Source: Rhodospirillales bacterium
GTDB lineage: Bacteria > Pseudomonadota > Alphaproteobacteria > Bin95
Direction: 5' to 3'
Assembly: GCA_038143065.1 (NCBI GenBank)
Contig: JAYQLI010000035.1
Location: 544,001 to 608,000 of the forward strand
DNA: 64,000 nt
The notes beneath the pieces were generated by a model. It did not search any database and was not told the DNA's origin. It saw only the letters and a list, made by a program, of their open reading frames with translations. Numbering within the stretch: the stretch's first letter is position 1; every line of letters begins with the position of its first letter. Both the position numbers and the translations under genes were made by a program. Positions 1 through 10,505 of this stretch are shown piece after piece.

Positions 1-1
1 T

Positions 2-559
2 TGCTCCTGGAATAAAGCCTGCTAACAACAGTGCACCAACTGACTCCTCAACGATAATGGCGTAGATGACGAGGATCGCCGAGGGTGGAATCAAGGATGC
101 GAGAGTTCCACCAGCCGCAACAACGCCTGCGGCCAGCCTTCCGTCGTATCCATGCTTTAACATTTCAGGAATTGCTACTCGGCTGAAAACTGCAGCGGTA
201 GCAGTAGATGCTCCTGATACAGCAGCAAAACCTGCAGTAGCAAAAACGGTTGCTACAGCCAAACCTCCTGGTAAGAACCCAAACCATGCCCTAGCTGCCG
301 CAAAGGCTCCCTGGGTCAGGCCAGCAAAATATGCCAGGAAACCGATGAGAATGAACATTGGCAATACTGATAAAGAGTAGTGACTTACTTCAGAGTAGGC
401 TAAAGCAGCAGCTAGCCCTGATCCAGATTCCCAGCCACGGATTGCCCAAAGGCCTACAAGACCAATTACACCAGAGGCGTAACCAATCCGAACACCACAA
501 AGCACTAACACCATGGTCGCTGCCACGGAGATTAAACCGGCGTCATATGCGTCGATCAT
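2..559 (-). CDS. dctM: TRAP transporter large permease (N-terminal part, runs off window start)
   Basis: Manual minus-strand translation from ATG at 559 (preceded by AGGAG): MIDAYDAGLISV...LSVLPMFILIGF...GGLAVATVFATAGFAAVSGASTATAAVF...AGGTLASLIPPSAILVIYAII, typical DctM; lies downstream of dctP and dctQ. Confidence 0.93.
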   Translation of the reverse strand, partial: MIDAYDAGLISVAATMVLVLCGVRIGYASGVIGLVGLWAIRGWESGSGLAAALAYSEVSHYSLSVLPMFILIGFLAYFAGLTQGAFAAARAWFGFLPGGLAVATVFATAGFAAVSGASTATAAVFSRVAIPEMLKHGYDGRLAAGVVAAGGTLASLIPPSAILVIYAIIVEESVGALLLAGFIPGA

Positions 560-574
560 TATTTTTACTCCTGG

Positions 575-1258
575 CTAGTTCTGGGCGCCGTCGCGGCGAA
601 TATGTTCGTCCGCGTCGTGGCCCATGGCGTCTTCAATTTCTTCTCTGGCCTGCTCAGCAACATCTTTGATTACTGGAACTCCGATAGGAGTTTTGCTGGG
701 ATCAAAGAATAGGCGTAGATAGCCCCATATATTGATTGCAAGTCGCATAGCCAATAAAGCCATGGCGATCGGAAGAATTAGTTTTGAAGGCCATGTTGGC
801 AAGTAGATATCCATCGTACTATCACCAAGCTCATACGCCCATATAAAAACTTCGGTAAAACCTTTGTATGCGATCACGCATATGTAGAAGAAGGCAATAG
901 AGACGGCGATTGCTTCAAGAGCCCACAAGATCCGCCCCCGTAGACGACCCATGACCAATTCCATGCGCACATGGCTGCCGTTTCGTTGGCAATAAGCTGC
1001 GCCGAGGAAGGCAAAAGTAGCCATCCCTAGCTCAACCCAATCAATCACTCCCTCTAAGGGACGACCTTCCATCAAACCAAATGTTAAATCATCTGCTTTT
1101 CGGCTAAGTACCTCTGCACACATGTAAAGCATCATGATTACAATGCAGAGTGCAGCAATTGCGTTAAATGCGTTTTCAATCCGGCTTACAAATCGATCGA
1201 CAGCACCGATCAATCCGCCTTCTCCCGGAGGCGCTGAAGTGCCAACCCCAGAAACCAT
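575..1258 (-). CDS. dctQ: TRAP transporter small permease
   Basis: Four hydrophobic segments, FLGAAYCQRNGSHVRME motif, between dctP and dctM. Confidence 0.9.
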   Translation of the reverse strand: MVSGVGTSAPPGEGGLIGAVDRFVSRIENAFNAIAALCIVIMMLYMCAEVLSRKADDLTFGLMEGRPLEGVIDWVELGMATFAFLGAAYCQRNGSHVRMELVMGRLRGRILWALEAIAVSIAFFYICVIAYKGFTEVFIWAYELGDSTMDIYLPTWPSKLILPIAMALLAMRLAINIWGYLRLFFDPSKTPIGVPVIKDVAEQAREEIEDAMGHDADEHIRRDGAQN

Positions 1259-1335
1259 GGCCTGATAGTCCTTATGTGTAATATGTATCGTAAATAAATA
1301 GTTAATTTACGACAGAATGAGAACTGAATTCTTAC

Positions 1336-1373
1336 AAAAAACAGCGGTCCCCGAGAGTTTTGCTCGGGGACCG
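1336..1373 (-). terminator. Rho-independent terminator / stabilising hairpin after dctP
   Basis: 11-bp perfect stem CGGTCCCCGAG (1345-1355) / CTCGGGGACCG (1363-1373), followed on the minus strand by CTGTTTTTT. Confidence 0.85.
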
Positions 1374-1392
1374 TGATTTAATACCGCTATAC

Positions 1393-2409
1393 TTACTTCG
1401 CGGCAGCCATCATTGCATCAAAGACAGCTTGTCCTGGCAGTCCCTCTTTTTCGCGAGCAGCAATCCACTCGTCCCAAACAGGCTTACCGCCTTTTGCCTT
1501 TAACTCTTCGAGGTCCGCATCGTTGAAACGAACTTCTTTCAGTTGAGGCATCTTTTCGTAGATTGGAATCCACTTTTTATCGGCATCGTCGTAAGCTTTG
1601 ATAAGCGCTTTATAAGCTAATGGACGGGCTTCCTCGTAAAGTTTTTTCCACTCATCTGGAAGCTTTGCATATGCTTTTCTGCTTACCATAGTCGGGCAGT
1701 GGTTACTGCCGAGTTTCATATTGGTGGTGTACCAGGTTGAAATCTCGTGCAGACGATAAGCACCGAAAGTGTATGAGTATGGGAATGACCATCCCCAAAC
1801 AACACCTCTTTCAAGAAGCTCATAGGCCTCTGGTGCAGGAGCTGACTTTAAGCTTGCTCCGAGCTTCTTCATGGCTTCACCAATGCCGCCGAGGCCGCGA
1901 ATAGTTTTACCCTGGAAATCAGCAACCGATTTTGGCGGCTCACCGGAACCCATAAACTCGTATTGAGGAAGCAAGTTCACAAACCAAGCTTGAGCGCCCC
2001 ACTTTTTCCATTCCTTATCGGAAGCTGGGTGTGTGCGAAGCGCCTCGTACGCAGCGGTGTGCTTGTCCCAAGTAGGGAGTGGAAGGAAGGGTAGGTCAGC
2101 TGCACCATTTAGTGGGTTCTTACCTGGATGGTAGCCCGTGCAAACTGTACCTGCGTGAATTGCGCCACGCTTGATGTTGTCAATATTCTCTTTTGGCGGG
2201 CTAACTGCTCCACCATAGTGAATCTTGAGTTCCCAAGCACCGCCAGTCTTTTCATCAAGAAACTTAGCTACTGCTTCACTTCCCTTTGTTACAGCGCGTG
2301 GGTTGCCCCACCACGAGTAATCCCAAACCAATTTATCAGCAGCTTGGGCTGAAATCGCACCAAAGCCTACGGCGGCAGCTGCGCCAGCCATGAGCATTTT
2401 TTTATACAT
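1393..2409 (-). CDS. dctP: TRAP transporter substrate-binding protein
   Basis: Signal peptide (…SAQA), DLPFL, DFQGKTIR (conserved carboxylate-binding Arg), EAYELLERGVV. Confidence 0.9.
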   Translation of the reverse strand: MYKKMLMAGAAAAVGFGAISAQAADKLVWDYSWWGNPRAVTKGSEAVAKFLDEKTGGAWELKIHYGGAVSPPKENIDNIKRGAIHAGTVCTGYHPGKNPLNGAADLPFLPLPTWDKHTAAYEALRTHPASDKEWKKWGAQAWFVNLLPQYEFMGSGEPPKSVADFQGKTIRGLGGIGEAMKKLGASLKSAPAPEAYELLERGVVWGWSFPYSYTFGAYRLHEISTWYTTNMKLGSNHCPTMVSRKAYAKLPDEWKKLYEEARPLAYKALIKAYDDADKKWIPIYEKMPQLKEVRFNDADLEELKAKGGKPVWDEWIAAREKEGLPGQAVFDAMMAAAK

Positions 2410-2691
2410 AAACGCCTCCCTAAAGGATCATTCAAACTCCAACAGAAACAATATCAAATCAGAGTTGCTACATTTTTCAAGTTAGCTACCCAACACTATC
2501 TATGTGCCGAGTGCAACCCTGCCATGACATTAACCGGGACCTGGGTGGCTCGGCAAGGGGCATTATTGCATTGAAAGATCTTGACACTAGAAATTTTGGT
2601 ATGTGCCTGTTAATCGTTGTTCTGTTAGCTTCTCTTTTGTTTATCTAATTTTCCAGCCTCATTGAATTCATAAAGACAAGAAAGCTTTGCC

Positions 2692-3891
2692 ATGAGCGAC
2701 AACAATTATCTCTTCACCAGCGAGTCAGTATCTGAGGGTCATCCAGATAAAATCTGCGATCGAATTTCAGACGCTATTGTAGATGCCTATTTGGAGCGTG
2801 ATGGTGGAGAAGCAGTAGCTCGTTGTGGTGTCGAGACTTTAGTGACAACTAATTATGTAACCATTGCTGGTGAAACTCGCAGCAAACGAGGCTCTGAAGT
2901 AAGTCATGAAGAAATGGAGGCTTTGGCTCGAGAAGCCATCAAAGACATCGGCTACGACCAAGATAATTTCCATTGGGAAAACGCTCAGGTAAATGTTGTG
3001 GTGCATGGGCAGTCAGCAGATATTGCCCAGGGTGTTGATTCAGATGGTAACGAAAAAGACGAAGGCGCTGGCGATCAGGGATTAATGTTCGGTTATGCAT
3101 GCCGCGAGACCGACATCGTTAGCCCTAACGTTTTGATGCCAGCACCATTGCATTTCAGTCACGAAATTCTTCGTCGAATGGCGGAGGCGCGGCACGCATC
3201 TAAAATCAACGGTTTAGGGCCAGACTCTAAAAGCCAAGTCACGCTTGAATATCGTGATGGGAAACCGGTGCGTGCGACATCAGTCGTGGTTTCTACTCAG
3301 CACTCTGAAGACCTAACTCAAGATGATGTTCGCGAAATCGTTCGGCCGTTTGTTCTTGATGTCCTTCCTGAAGGATGGATGTGCCCTGAAGAAGAATTTT
3401 ATGTGAACCCCACAGGTAAGTTCGTAATTGGCGGTCCAGATAGTGATGCGGGCTTAACTGGTCGAAAAATTATTGTTGATACATATGGTGGCGCTAGCCC
3501 CCATGGTGGTGGTGCTTTTTCTGGGAAGGACCCCAGTAAAGTGGACCGATCTGCAGCCTATGCAACCCGCTACCTTGCAAAGAATGTAGTTGCTGCAGAA
3601 CTTGCTGAAAAATGCACTATTCAGGTTGCATATGCCATTGGCATTTCAAAACCCCTTTCTGTTTATGTCGATACACATGGAACAGGCAATGTTCCTAACA
3701 GTAAAATTGCTGAAGCATTGCAAAAGTGCATGGACCTTAGTCCTCGCGGAATTCGTGAACATCTCCAACTTAATAAGCCCATTTATACACCAACAGCTGC
3801 ATATGGCCATTTTGGCCGGGCACCTACCACGGAGGGTCATTTCTCTTGGGAAAAGACGGATTTGGTGAAGGCGCTGCAAGTGGAGATCTAG
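2692..3891 (+). CDS. metK: S-adenosylmethionine synthetase
   Basis: [35 protein letters not shown] motifs. Confidence 0.99.
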   Translation: MSDNNYLFTSESVSEGHPDKICDRISDAIVDAYLERDGGEAVARCGVETLVTTNYVTIAGETRSKRGSEVSHEEMEALAREAIKDIGYDQDNFHWENAQVNVVVHGQSADIAQGVDSDGNEKDEGAGDQGLMFGYACRETDIVSPNVLMPAPLHFSHEILRRMAEARHASKINGLGPDSKSQVTLEYRDGKPVRATSVVVSTQHSEDLTQDDVREIVRPFVLDVLPEGWMCPEEEFYVNPTGKFVIGGPDSDAGLTGRKIIVDTYGGASPHGGGAFSGKDPSKVDRSAAYATRYLAKNVVAAELAEKCTIQVAYAIGISKPLSVYVDTHGTGNVPNSKIAEALQKCMDLSPRGIREHLQLNKPIYTPTAAYGHFGRAPTTEGHFSWEKTDLVKALQVEI

Positions 3892-4574
3892 CCCAAACTC
3901 GGTTTTATGGCAGGCGTAAAGGGCGGCCGCTAAGAGTTCGCAGGCAAAAACTTATAGAAGAGCTTTTACCTACAATTGAGATACCCACCCCGATAACAGG
4001 GCCAATTGATCCTGTTAGATTATTTGGGGGTTCTGAAAGACCTATATGGGTAGAAATTGGTTTTGGCGGAGGCGAGCATCTCGCATGGCAGGCCGCAGCA
4101 AACCCAGACGTGGGTTTGATCGGAGCAGAACCATTTATTTCAGGTGTAGCAACCTGTCTGTCTCATATTGCAGACAAGAAGCTCACTAACATTCGCCTGC
4201 ACGCAGATGATGGTAGGCCATTACTCGCCGCTTTGCCGGAAGCCTCTGTTGATCGTGTTTTTGTTCTGCACCCAGACCCTTGGAGGAAACGGCGGCATTG
4301 GGAGCGGAGGTTAATTGGGCCAGAAGGTCTTAATGCTATTTCACGAGTGTTAAAAGACGGAGGAGAACTCCGTGTGGCAACAGATCATCCGGGTTACCAG
4401 GTATGGATGCTCAGAGTGCTTCAAAATGATCCACGCTTTTGGTGGACGGCAGAAAAAGCTGATGATTGGCGCATAAGACCAGCAGACTGGCCGGAAACCC
4501 GTTATGAAGCAAAAGCAATTAGAGAAGGACGATTGCCGATAAAGCTTATCTATAAGAGGTGTCCGCGGAATTGA
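3846..4574 (+). CDS. trmB: tRNA (guanine-N7)-methyltransferase (start uncertain)
   Basis: [38 protein letters not shown]; the usual neighbour of metK. Confidence 0.95.
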   Translation: MGKDGFGEGAASGDLAQTRFYGRRKGRPLRVRRQKLIEELLPTIEIPTPITGPIDPVRLFGGSERPIWVEIGFGGGEHLAWQAAANPDVGLIGAEPFISGVATCLSHIADKKLTNIRLHADDGRPLLAALPEASVDRVFVLHPDPWRKRRHWERRLIGPEGLNAISRVLKDGGELRVATDHPGYQVWMLRVLQNDPRFWWTAEKADDWRIRPADWPETRYEAKAIREGRLPIKLIYKRCPRN

Positions 4575-4723
4575 AAGTCAGAGGCGTGAGGGTGATTTGT
4601 TCAGCCTTACATGCTCCAAAAAGTTTGGAGTCTGTTCCATTAGAATGTTTTAGAGGTGACTTTTAAAAACTTTTGAGACCTTGGTTTTAGACATCATTTC
4701 CGTCATATGTTCATAAAACTAGT

Positions 4724-5389
4724 TTGAGTGATGAAGCGCATTTAATGACAGAGCACGTGTTGGAGTTAAGCAATCTAGCCTGTAGGCGTGGTGGGCGTAT
4801 GTTATTTTCAGGCATGAATCTTTCCCTAACTGAAGGGGATGCCGCTCTTATTACTGGTCCTAACGGCTCCGGAAAATCAAGCCTTCTCCGAGTGATTGCT
4901 GGCCTAATTCAGCCCTTGCAGGGGCAAATACGCTGGGAAGGTCAGAATGCGCAAAAGTTTTCCGATAATTTCAGGTCAGCAATACGATATGTTGGACACT
5001 CAGACGGCTTGCAACCAGTCCTTTCTGTCTTGGAGAACCTAAAGTACTGGAGCCAAATATACGGATTTTCCCAAGATTTAGAAAAGCTAAACCGTGGACT
5101 TGAGTCAGTTGGCCTTTCTGACCTGTCGGTGCTACCGGCTCGTGTTTTATCTGCGGGACAAAGACGACGGCTTGCTTTGGCTAGGGCAATAGCAACCGAT
5201 GGAAGGTTATGGCTTTTGGACGAGCCAACAGTCGCCCTAGATAGGCAGTCCATTAAAAGAGTTGAAACAGCTATCAGCGAGTTTAGGGCGTCAGGTGGTA
5301 TTGTTATTGCCTCAACTAACGCACCGCTTAATTTGTCTGATTGTAAGGCCCTTAATATCTCTGACTTCCATTGGGCAGAAGAAAATTGA
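4724..5389 (+). CDS. ccmA: Heme ABC exporter ATP-binding protein
   Basis: Walker A GPNGSGKS, LSAGQRRRLALAR, WLLDEP; first gene of ccm operon. Confidence 0.95.
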   Translation: MSDEAHLMTEHVLELSNLACRRGGRMLFSGMNLSLTEGDAALITGPNGSGKSSLLRVIAGLIQPLQGQIRWEGQNAQKFSDNFRSAIRYVGHSDGLQPVLSVLENLKYWSQIYGFSQDLEKLNRGLESVGLSDLSVLPARVLSAGQRRRLALARAIATDGRLWLLDEPTVALDRQSIKRVETAISEFRASGGIVIASTNAPLNLSDCKALNISDFHWAEEN

Positions 5390-6051
5390 GTGGATTTATA
5401 GCCACTCTAAACCGTGATCTATCCATTGCGAAACGTGAGGGTGGGGAAGCGTTCTTAGCGGTATTATTTTTTGTTCTTGGTGCTCTTCTGTTCCCTCTTG
5501 GCGTAGGGCCTGAATCCCAACTCCTTGCCGCCGTATCGGCTGGATTGATTTGGGTTATGGCGCTACTTTCAACCTTGCTGGCTTTAGACCGACTATTTCA
5601 GGCTGATTGGCGTGAGGGCACGCTAGAATTATTGGTAATTTCGCCAGAACCACTTCCGTTAATCATTGCCGCTAAATGCACTGCACACTGGATAGTTACC
5701 GGCTTACCTATGGCAGTCGCTGCTCCTGTCATGGGTCTACTCTTAAATCTTCCCCCTGAGGGTTGGCTTACATTAGTCGGAGCATTGCTAATAGGTGGAC
5801 TAGCCCTAAGTTTTATAGGGTCAATTTGTGCTGCCTTATTAATTGGATCTAGAAGAGGAGGGGTGCTAATGACATTGCTAGCTCTTCCACTCTATATACC
5901 ATCCTTAATTTTTGGAGCTGGTGCTGTGCAGGCTGCAGTGGGTGGATACGACTCAACCAGTCATTTGGCGCTTATGGGGGCAATAACCCTTAGCAGCATA
6001 TCATTATGCCCTTGGGTAACTTCGGCAGCCCTAAAGCAGGCGATGGAGTAA
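5386..6051 (+). CDS. ccmB: Heme exporter protein B
   Basis: LFPLGVGP, DRLFQADWREGTLE, LLALPLYIP. Confidence 0.95.
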   Translation: MSGFIATLNRDLSIAKREGGEAFLAVLFFVLGALLFPLGVGPESQLLAAVSAGLIWVMALLSTLLALDRLFQADWREGTLELLVISPEPLPLIIAAKCTAHWIVTGLPMAVAAPVMGLLLNLPPEGWLTLVGALLIGGLALSFIGSICAALLIGSRRGGVLMTLLALPLYIPSLIFGAGAVQAAVGGYDSTSHLALMGAITLSSISLCPWVTSAALKQAME

Positions 6052-6054
6052 AGT

Positions 6055-6825
6055 TTGTCGGAAGTGAATATATCAGCAGCCCCAAAAGGCAACTTTTGGC
6101 ACCGACTTGCCAATCCTGCGAGATTTGAACGCTTAGCACGTTGGCTTATGCCATGGTTTTTATTGGGTTTTTTGGGTTTTGTCTCAACAGGGCTGTACTT
6201 TGGGCTTTATGCTTCGCCCATAGACTACCAGCAAAAAGATACTGTGCGGATTATGTATGTCCATGTTCCAGCCGCATGGCTCGCAATGATGACCTATTCA
6301 ACGCTTGCTATCTCTGGCTTTGTGTTTCTAGTGTGGCGTCATCCATTAGCTGAGGTTGCTGGGCTTGCTGCTGCTCCCATTGGTGCCGTCTTTACTGCTT
6401 TAGCTCTTGTGACTGGCGCCATTTGGGGACAGCCTACGTGGGGAACCTGGTGGGTTTGGGATGCACGTCTTACCTCGGTTTTAATCTTATTCTTTCTGTT
6501 TGTAGGGTATATAGCTCTTAGAAACGCCTTTGATGATCCAACCCGCGCTGCAAAATCTACGGCTATTTTAGCAATTGTCGGGGCGGTAAATCTCCCAATA
6601 ATAAAATTTTCAGTGGAATGGTGGAACACCCTGCACCAACCAGCGAGTGTTAGCCGTTTTGATGCGCCTGCGATTGATCCAGCAATGCTTCGACCACTCG
6701 TACTTATGGCGTGCGCTTATCTATGTCTCTTTTTCCTTGTCCTTATTTTCCGTATGCGGCTGGAACTGGTGCGCCGCCGAATAACAGCCCTCCAATTCGC
6801 GCGAGCTGGGGTGTCAGATATATGA
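6055..6825 (+). CDS. ccmC: Heme exporter protein C
   Basis: YVHVPAAW, WGQPTWGTWWVWDARLT (WWD motif), WWNTLHQ. Confidence 0.97.
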   Translation: MSEVNISAAPKGNFWHRLANPARFERLARWLMPWFLLGFLGFVSTGLYFGLYASPIDYQQKDTVRIMYVHVPAAWLAMMTYSTLAISGFVFLVWRHPLAEVAGLAAAPIGAVFTALALVTGAIWGQPTWGTWWVWDARLTSVLILFFLFVGYIALRNAFDDPTRAAKSTAILAIVGAVNLPIIKFSVEWWNTLHQPASVSRFDAPAIDPAMLRPLVLMACAYLCLFFLVLIFRMRLELVRRRITALQFARAGVSDI

Positions 6826-7025
6826 ATGAGTTCTTTAATATGGGCGGTTATGCTGTGTATGTGTGGTCTGCTTACGGCATCACAGCATTTCTATTAATGG
6901 GACTCGTTTTTTGGACTGTTCTAGTTCTAAAAAATAGTGAAAAAGAATTAAAAGCACTTGAGACATTGTCGCCCCGCCGCCGGCAACGCCACAAAAACTC
7001 TGGAGCCGAAGATGAGAAGTCGTAA
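6822..7025 (+). CDS. ccmD: Heme exporter protein D
   Basis: ATG at 6822: MNEFFNMGGYAVYVWSAYGIT, CcmD signature, basic C-terminal tail. Confidence 0.9.
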   Translation: MNEFFNMGGYAVYVWSAYGITAFLLMGLVFWTVLVLKNSEKELKALETLSPRRRQRHKNSGAEDEKS

Positions 7026-7484
7026 ACGACAACGCTTATGGCTTGTTTCCCTTGCAGTCATTTTACTCGGCGGAGCCGCTGCATTAGCTGTTACAGCGTT
7101 TGAGGAGAACATTGTGTTCTTTCGGAGCCCCTCCGATATTGCCGAGGGTAAAGCGGAGATTGGACGCCTCATTCGTATAGGTGGGTTAGTTGAAGAAGGC
7201 AGCGTAAAACGTACAGCTGGTTCATCTGAAATTTCTTTTAGTCTTACCGATGGCGGTGCTTCTGTTCCCGTCATTTATAATGGAATTCTCCTGACTTATT
7301 TAGAGAGGCTCAAGGGGTAGTTGCTCAAGGCCGTTTGCAAACAGATGGGCGTTTTCTTGCGGTAGAGGTACTAGCTAAGCACGATGAGTCCTATATGCCA
7401 CCAGAGGTAGCTGAAGCTTTAAAGAAATCCGGGTACTGGCAAGAAAATAATGCAGATGAGGGGATGAAGGGGCATGCAAAATGA
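7012..7484 (+). CDS. ccmE: Heme chaperone CcmE (1-nt frameshift near 7290)
   Basis: N-half [12 protein letters not shown]; second frame continues [14 protein letters not shown]…[13 protein letters not shown] to TGA 7484, overlapping the ccmF ATG. Confidence 0.93.
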
Positions 7485-9479
7485 TAGCTGAGATTGGGCA
7501 CTTTGCTTTGATTGCAGCCTTTGTTTTGGCTGCAATTCAGATGAGCTTTCCTTTGTACGGGGCTCACAGAGGCTATATTGGTCTTATGGATTTAGCAAAA
7601 ACGACAGCTATCGCTCAATTTGCTCTCGTGCTTCTCTCCTTTGCAGCATTGGTGAATGCATTTGTTACCAGTGATTTTAGCGTACTGAATGTCATTCAGA
7701 ATTCCCATTCGGACAAACCTTTACTCTATAAAATCAGTGGGGCTTGGGGAAACCACGAGGGTTCTCTGCTTCTCTGGGTACTTATTTTGACGTTATTTGG
7801 GGCAATGGTTGCAAGTTTTGGCCGCAACTTACCTCCTCAACTTCGAGCGCGCACACTAGCCATTCAAGGAATGATTGCGTTTGGGTTTATCGCTTTCATG
7901 CTGTTTACATCAAATCCATTTGAGCGCGTGCTGGTTCCTCCAGCAAATGGGCAGGGCTTAAACCCTTTATTACAAGACCCTGGTTTAGCTTTCCATCCAC
8001 CATTTCTTTACTTTGGCTACGTAGGCCTATCCATATCGTTCTCTTTTGCTGTGGCAGCTCTGATTGAGGGTAAGGTAGATGCAGCATGGGCCAGGTGGGT
8101 TAGACCTTGGACACTTGCTGCCTGGTGCGGACTTTCCGTTGGCATTGGGTTAGGTTCTTGGTGGGCCTACTATGAGCTCGGCTGGGGTGGTTTCTGGTTT
8201 TGGGACCCAGTGGAAAATGCCAGTTTTATTCCCTGGCTTTTCGCCACGGCACTTTTGCATTCAGCCATAGTGGTCGAAAAGCGAGACGCACTAAAAAGTT
8301 GGACGATACTGCTTGCAATTCTAGCTTTCTCGATGTCGCTTCTGGGTACTTTCCTTGTGCGTTCTGGTGTTTTGACGAGTGTGCACGCTTTCGCAACAGA
8401 CCCTGAGCGTGGCGTTTTCATCCTTCTACTTCTGGTTATAGCAATCGGAGGCTCATTAACACTTTTTGCCATCCGTGCCCCAAGCCTTCAACCGGGAGGT
8501 CTTTTTCGACCCATCAGCCGTGAAGGGGGTCTTCTTTTAAATAATTTGTTCTTATCGGTAGCCGCGCTGACGGTACTTCTCGGCACTCTATACCCCTTAT
8601 TTTTAGACGTCCTTGATGCAGGAAAGGTTTCGGTTGGTCCCCCATATTTTAACGCCACCTTTGGACCATTAATGGTGCCAATATTAGCGGCAATGGTCGT
8701 CGGTCCCCTTACTTTCTTGGAAACGTGGAGACATTGTCAGTGCGTTAAGCACTCTGTGGTTTGCAGGAGTTGTTGCCTTAGCTGCTATTGGTATCACGCT
8801 CATATATTCCGGAGTCGATGGTATCTTACCTGCCGTCGGGGTCGGTGCGGCAGCTTGGATTATCATCGGTTCCTGCATGGAGTTAGCCGAGAGGGTAAGG
8901 CTTTTCCAATCACCTGCAGCAGATACATGGCGACGCCTCAGACAAACGCCGCGGTCGGTATACGGCATGACGATAGCTCACCTTGGCGTAGGAGTGCTCC
9001 TGGCTGGTGTTATCGGAACAACTGCTTTTAAGACTGAATCAGTTCAAAATATGACGATAGGTCAGTCTGTTGCTGTAAGTAATTATACCTTTACATTAGA
9101 TAACGTAGTGTCTCTACAAGGGCCAAATTACGTGGCTGAGAGAGCTGTTTTTGTCATCACCGAAGGCGACAGTGTGATTGCGTCAGTAAACGCGGAGCGT
9201 CGCCGTTATCCCGTTGAACAAGATATGACTACAGAGGCTGGGATTCATACAACTTGGCTTGCAGATCTATATGCTGTGATAGGTGAAGGGAGCCGTTCAG
9301 CCGGATGGACAACCAGACTGTATAAAAATCCATTAACACCTTGGATTTGGTTTGGAACAATTATTATGGCTATTGGAGGTTTAGTTTCTCTATCAGACCG
9401 TAGACTGCGCATTGGAGCACCATCAAATAGTCGGAAAAAAGTATTAGCATCCAAGCCAATCGCTGCAGGCGTACAATAA
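7481..9479 (+). CDS. ccmF: Heme lyase subunit CcmF (frameshift near 8705-8710)
   Basis: [34 protein letters not shown]; C-half in ORF 8877-9479 (AHLG, TTEAGI, DLY, PWIWFG); extra C in a CCCC run. Confidence 0.95.
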
Positions 9480-9483
9480 TCTC

Positions 9484-10035
9484 ATGAGAAAATTATTATA
9501 CTTACTGCCTCTCTTGATTTGTCTTGGATTGGGTGTTTTTTTCTATTTAGGATTAGATGGAGATCCTCGGTCAGTCCCGTCGGCCTTTATCAATAAACCT
9601 TCTCCGGAGTTTTCACTGGCCCCATTGCCTGGTCGAGCTAACGCACCTTTTGCCAATTTTGATGTTCTAAATCGTAATGACTTAACCAGTGGAAGGCCAC
9701 TAATCCTTAACGTCTGGGCATCCTGGTGTGTACCGTGTGTTGCAGAGCATCCTTTGGTTGACCGCCTTGCAAAAGAAGAAGGTATTTTGGTGCATGGTAT
9801 TAATTATCGGGATAAGGCAGTTGCTGCATCTGGGTGGTTAAACAGATTAGGCGATCCATTCACAAAGGTTGGCTTTGATAAGGATGGTAAAGCTGGAATT
9901 GAGTGGGGTGTTTATGGTGTGCCTGAGACCTTTGTTATAGATGGCGATGGCACCGTAATATTTAAACATGCGGGTGCGTTAACCCCAGAAATTGTAGAGA
10001 AAAACATTCTACCGTTTTTTAAGGGGCTTAATTAA
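9484..10035 (+). CDS. ccmG: Thiol:disulfide interchange protein CcmG/DsbE
   Basis: N-terminal anchor, WASWCVPC, GVYGVPETF. Confidence 0.95.
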   Translation: MRKLLYLLPLLICLGLGVFFYLGLDGDPRSVPSAFINKPSPEFSLAPLPGRANAPFANFDVLNRNDLTSGRPLILNVWASWCVPCVAEHPLVDRLAKEEGILVHGINYRDKAVAASGWLNRLGDPFTKVGFDKDGKAGIEWGVYGVPETFVIDGDGTVIFKHAGALTPEIVEKNILPFFKGLN

Positions 10036-10505
10036 TGCGTGGTTTAGTGACAGTATTAACGCTCTCATTGTTTTTAGCCCCTAACCTGGCAAAAGCTGTT
10101 CTCCCAGATGAAATTTTAAGCGATCCTGGCTTAGAGGCCCGTGCAAGATCGCTTTCTTTAGAATTGCGCTGTTTGGTTTGCCAAAATCAGTCGATTGATG
10201 ACAGCAATGCTGAGCTCGCTCGTGATTTACGCATCTTGGTGCGCGAGAGACTGGTTGCGGGGGACACTGATGCAGAGGCGTTAGAGCATATCCGTAAGCG
10301 TTATGGAGACTTTGTTCTACTCAATCCACCAGTTCAGCAATCTACTTATATTTTATGGTATGGTCCAATCTTGATTGTTTTTGTCGGCATTGGATTAATG
10401 CTTTTGACAATTAGGCGAAAGAAAGCGGTGATTGAGAACTCACCCTTAAACGATGTAGAACGGAAAAGGTTAACGTCGGCACTTAGTAGCGTGAGTGACG
10501 AATGA
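10035..10505 (+). CDS. ccmH: Cytochrome c-type biogenesis protein CcmH/CycL
   Basis: LRCLVCQNQSIDDSNA, RYGDFVL. Confidence 0.95.
   Translation: MRGLVTVLTLSLFLAPNLAKAVLPDEILSDPGLEARARSLSLELRCLVCQNQSIDDSNAELARDLRILVRERLVAGDTDAEALEHIRKRYGDFVLLNPPVQQSTYILWYGPILIVFVGIGLMLLTIRRKKAVIENSPLNDVERKRLTSALSSVSDE

Noticed and set aside
66-669. Plus-strand ORFs 66-380 and 358-669
   Set aside because: Antisense shadows of dctM/dctQ
2560-2691. Canonical SAM riboswitch directly upstream of metK
   Set aside because: No recognisable SAM-II, SAM-V or SAM/SAH consensus by eye
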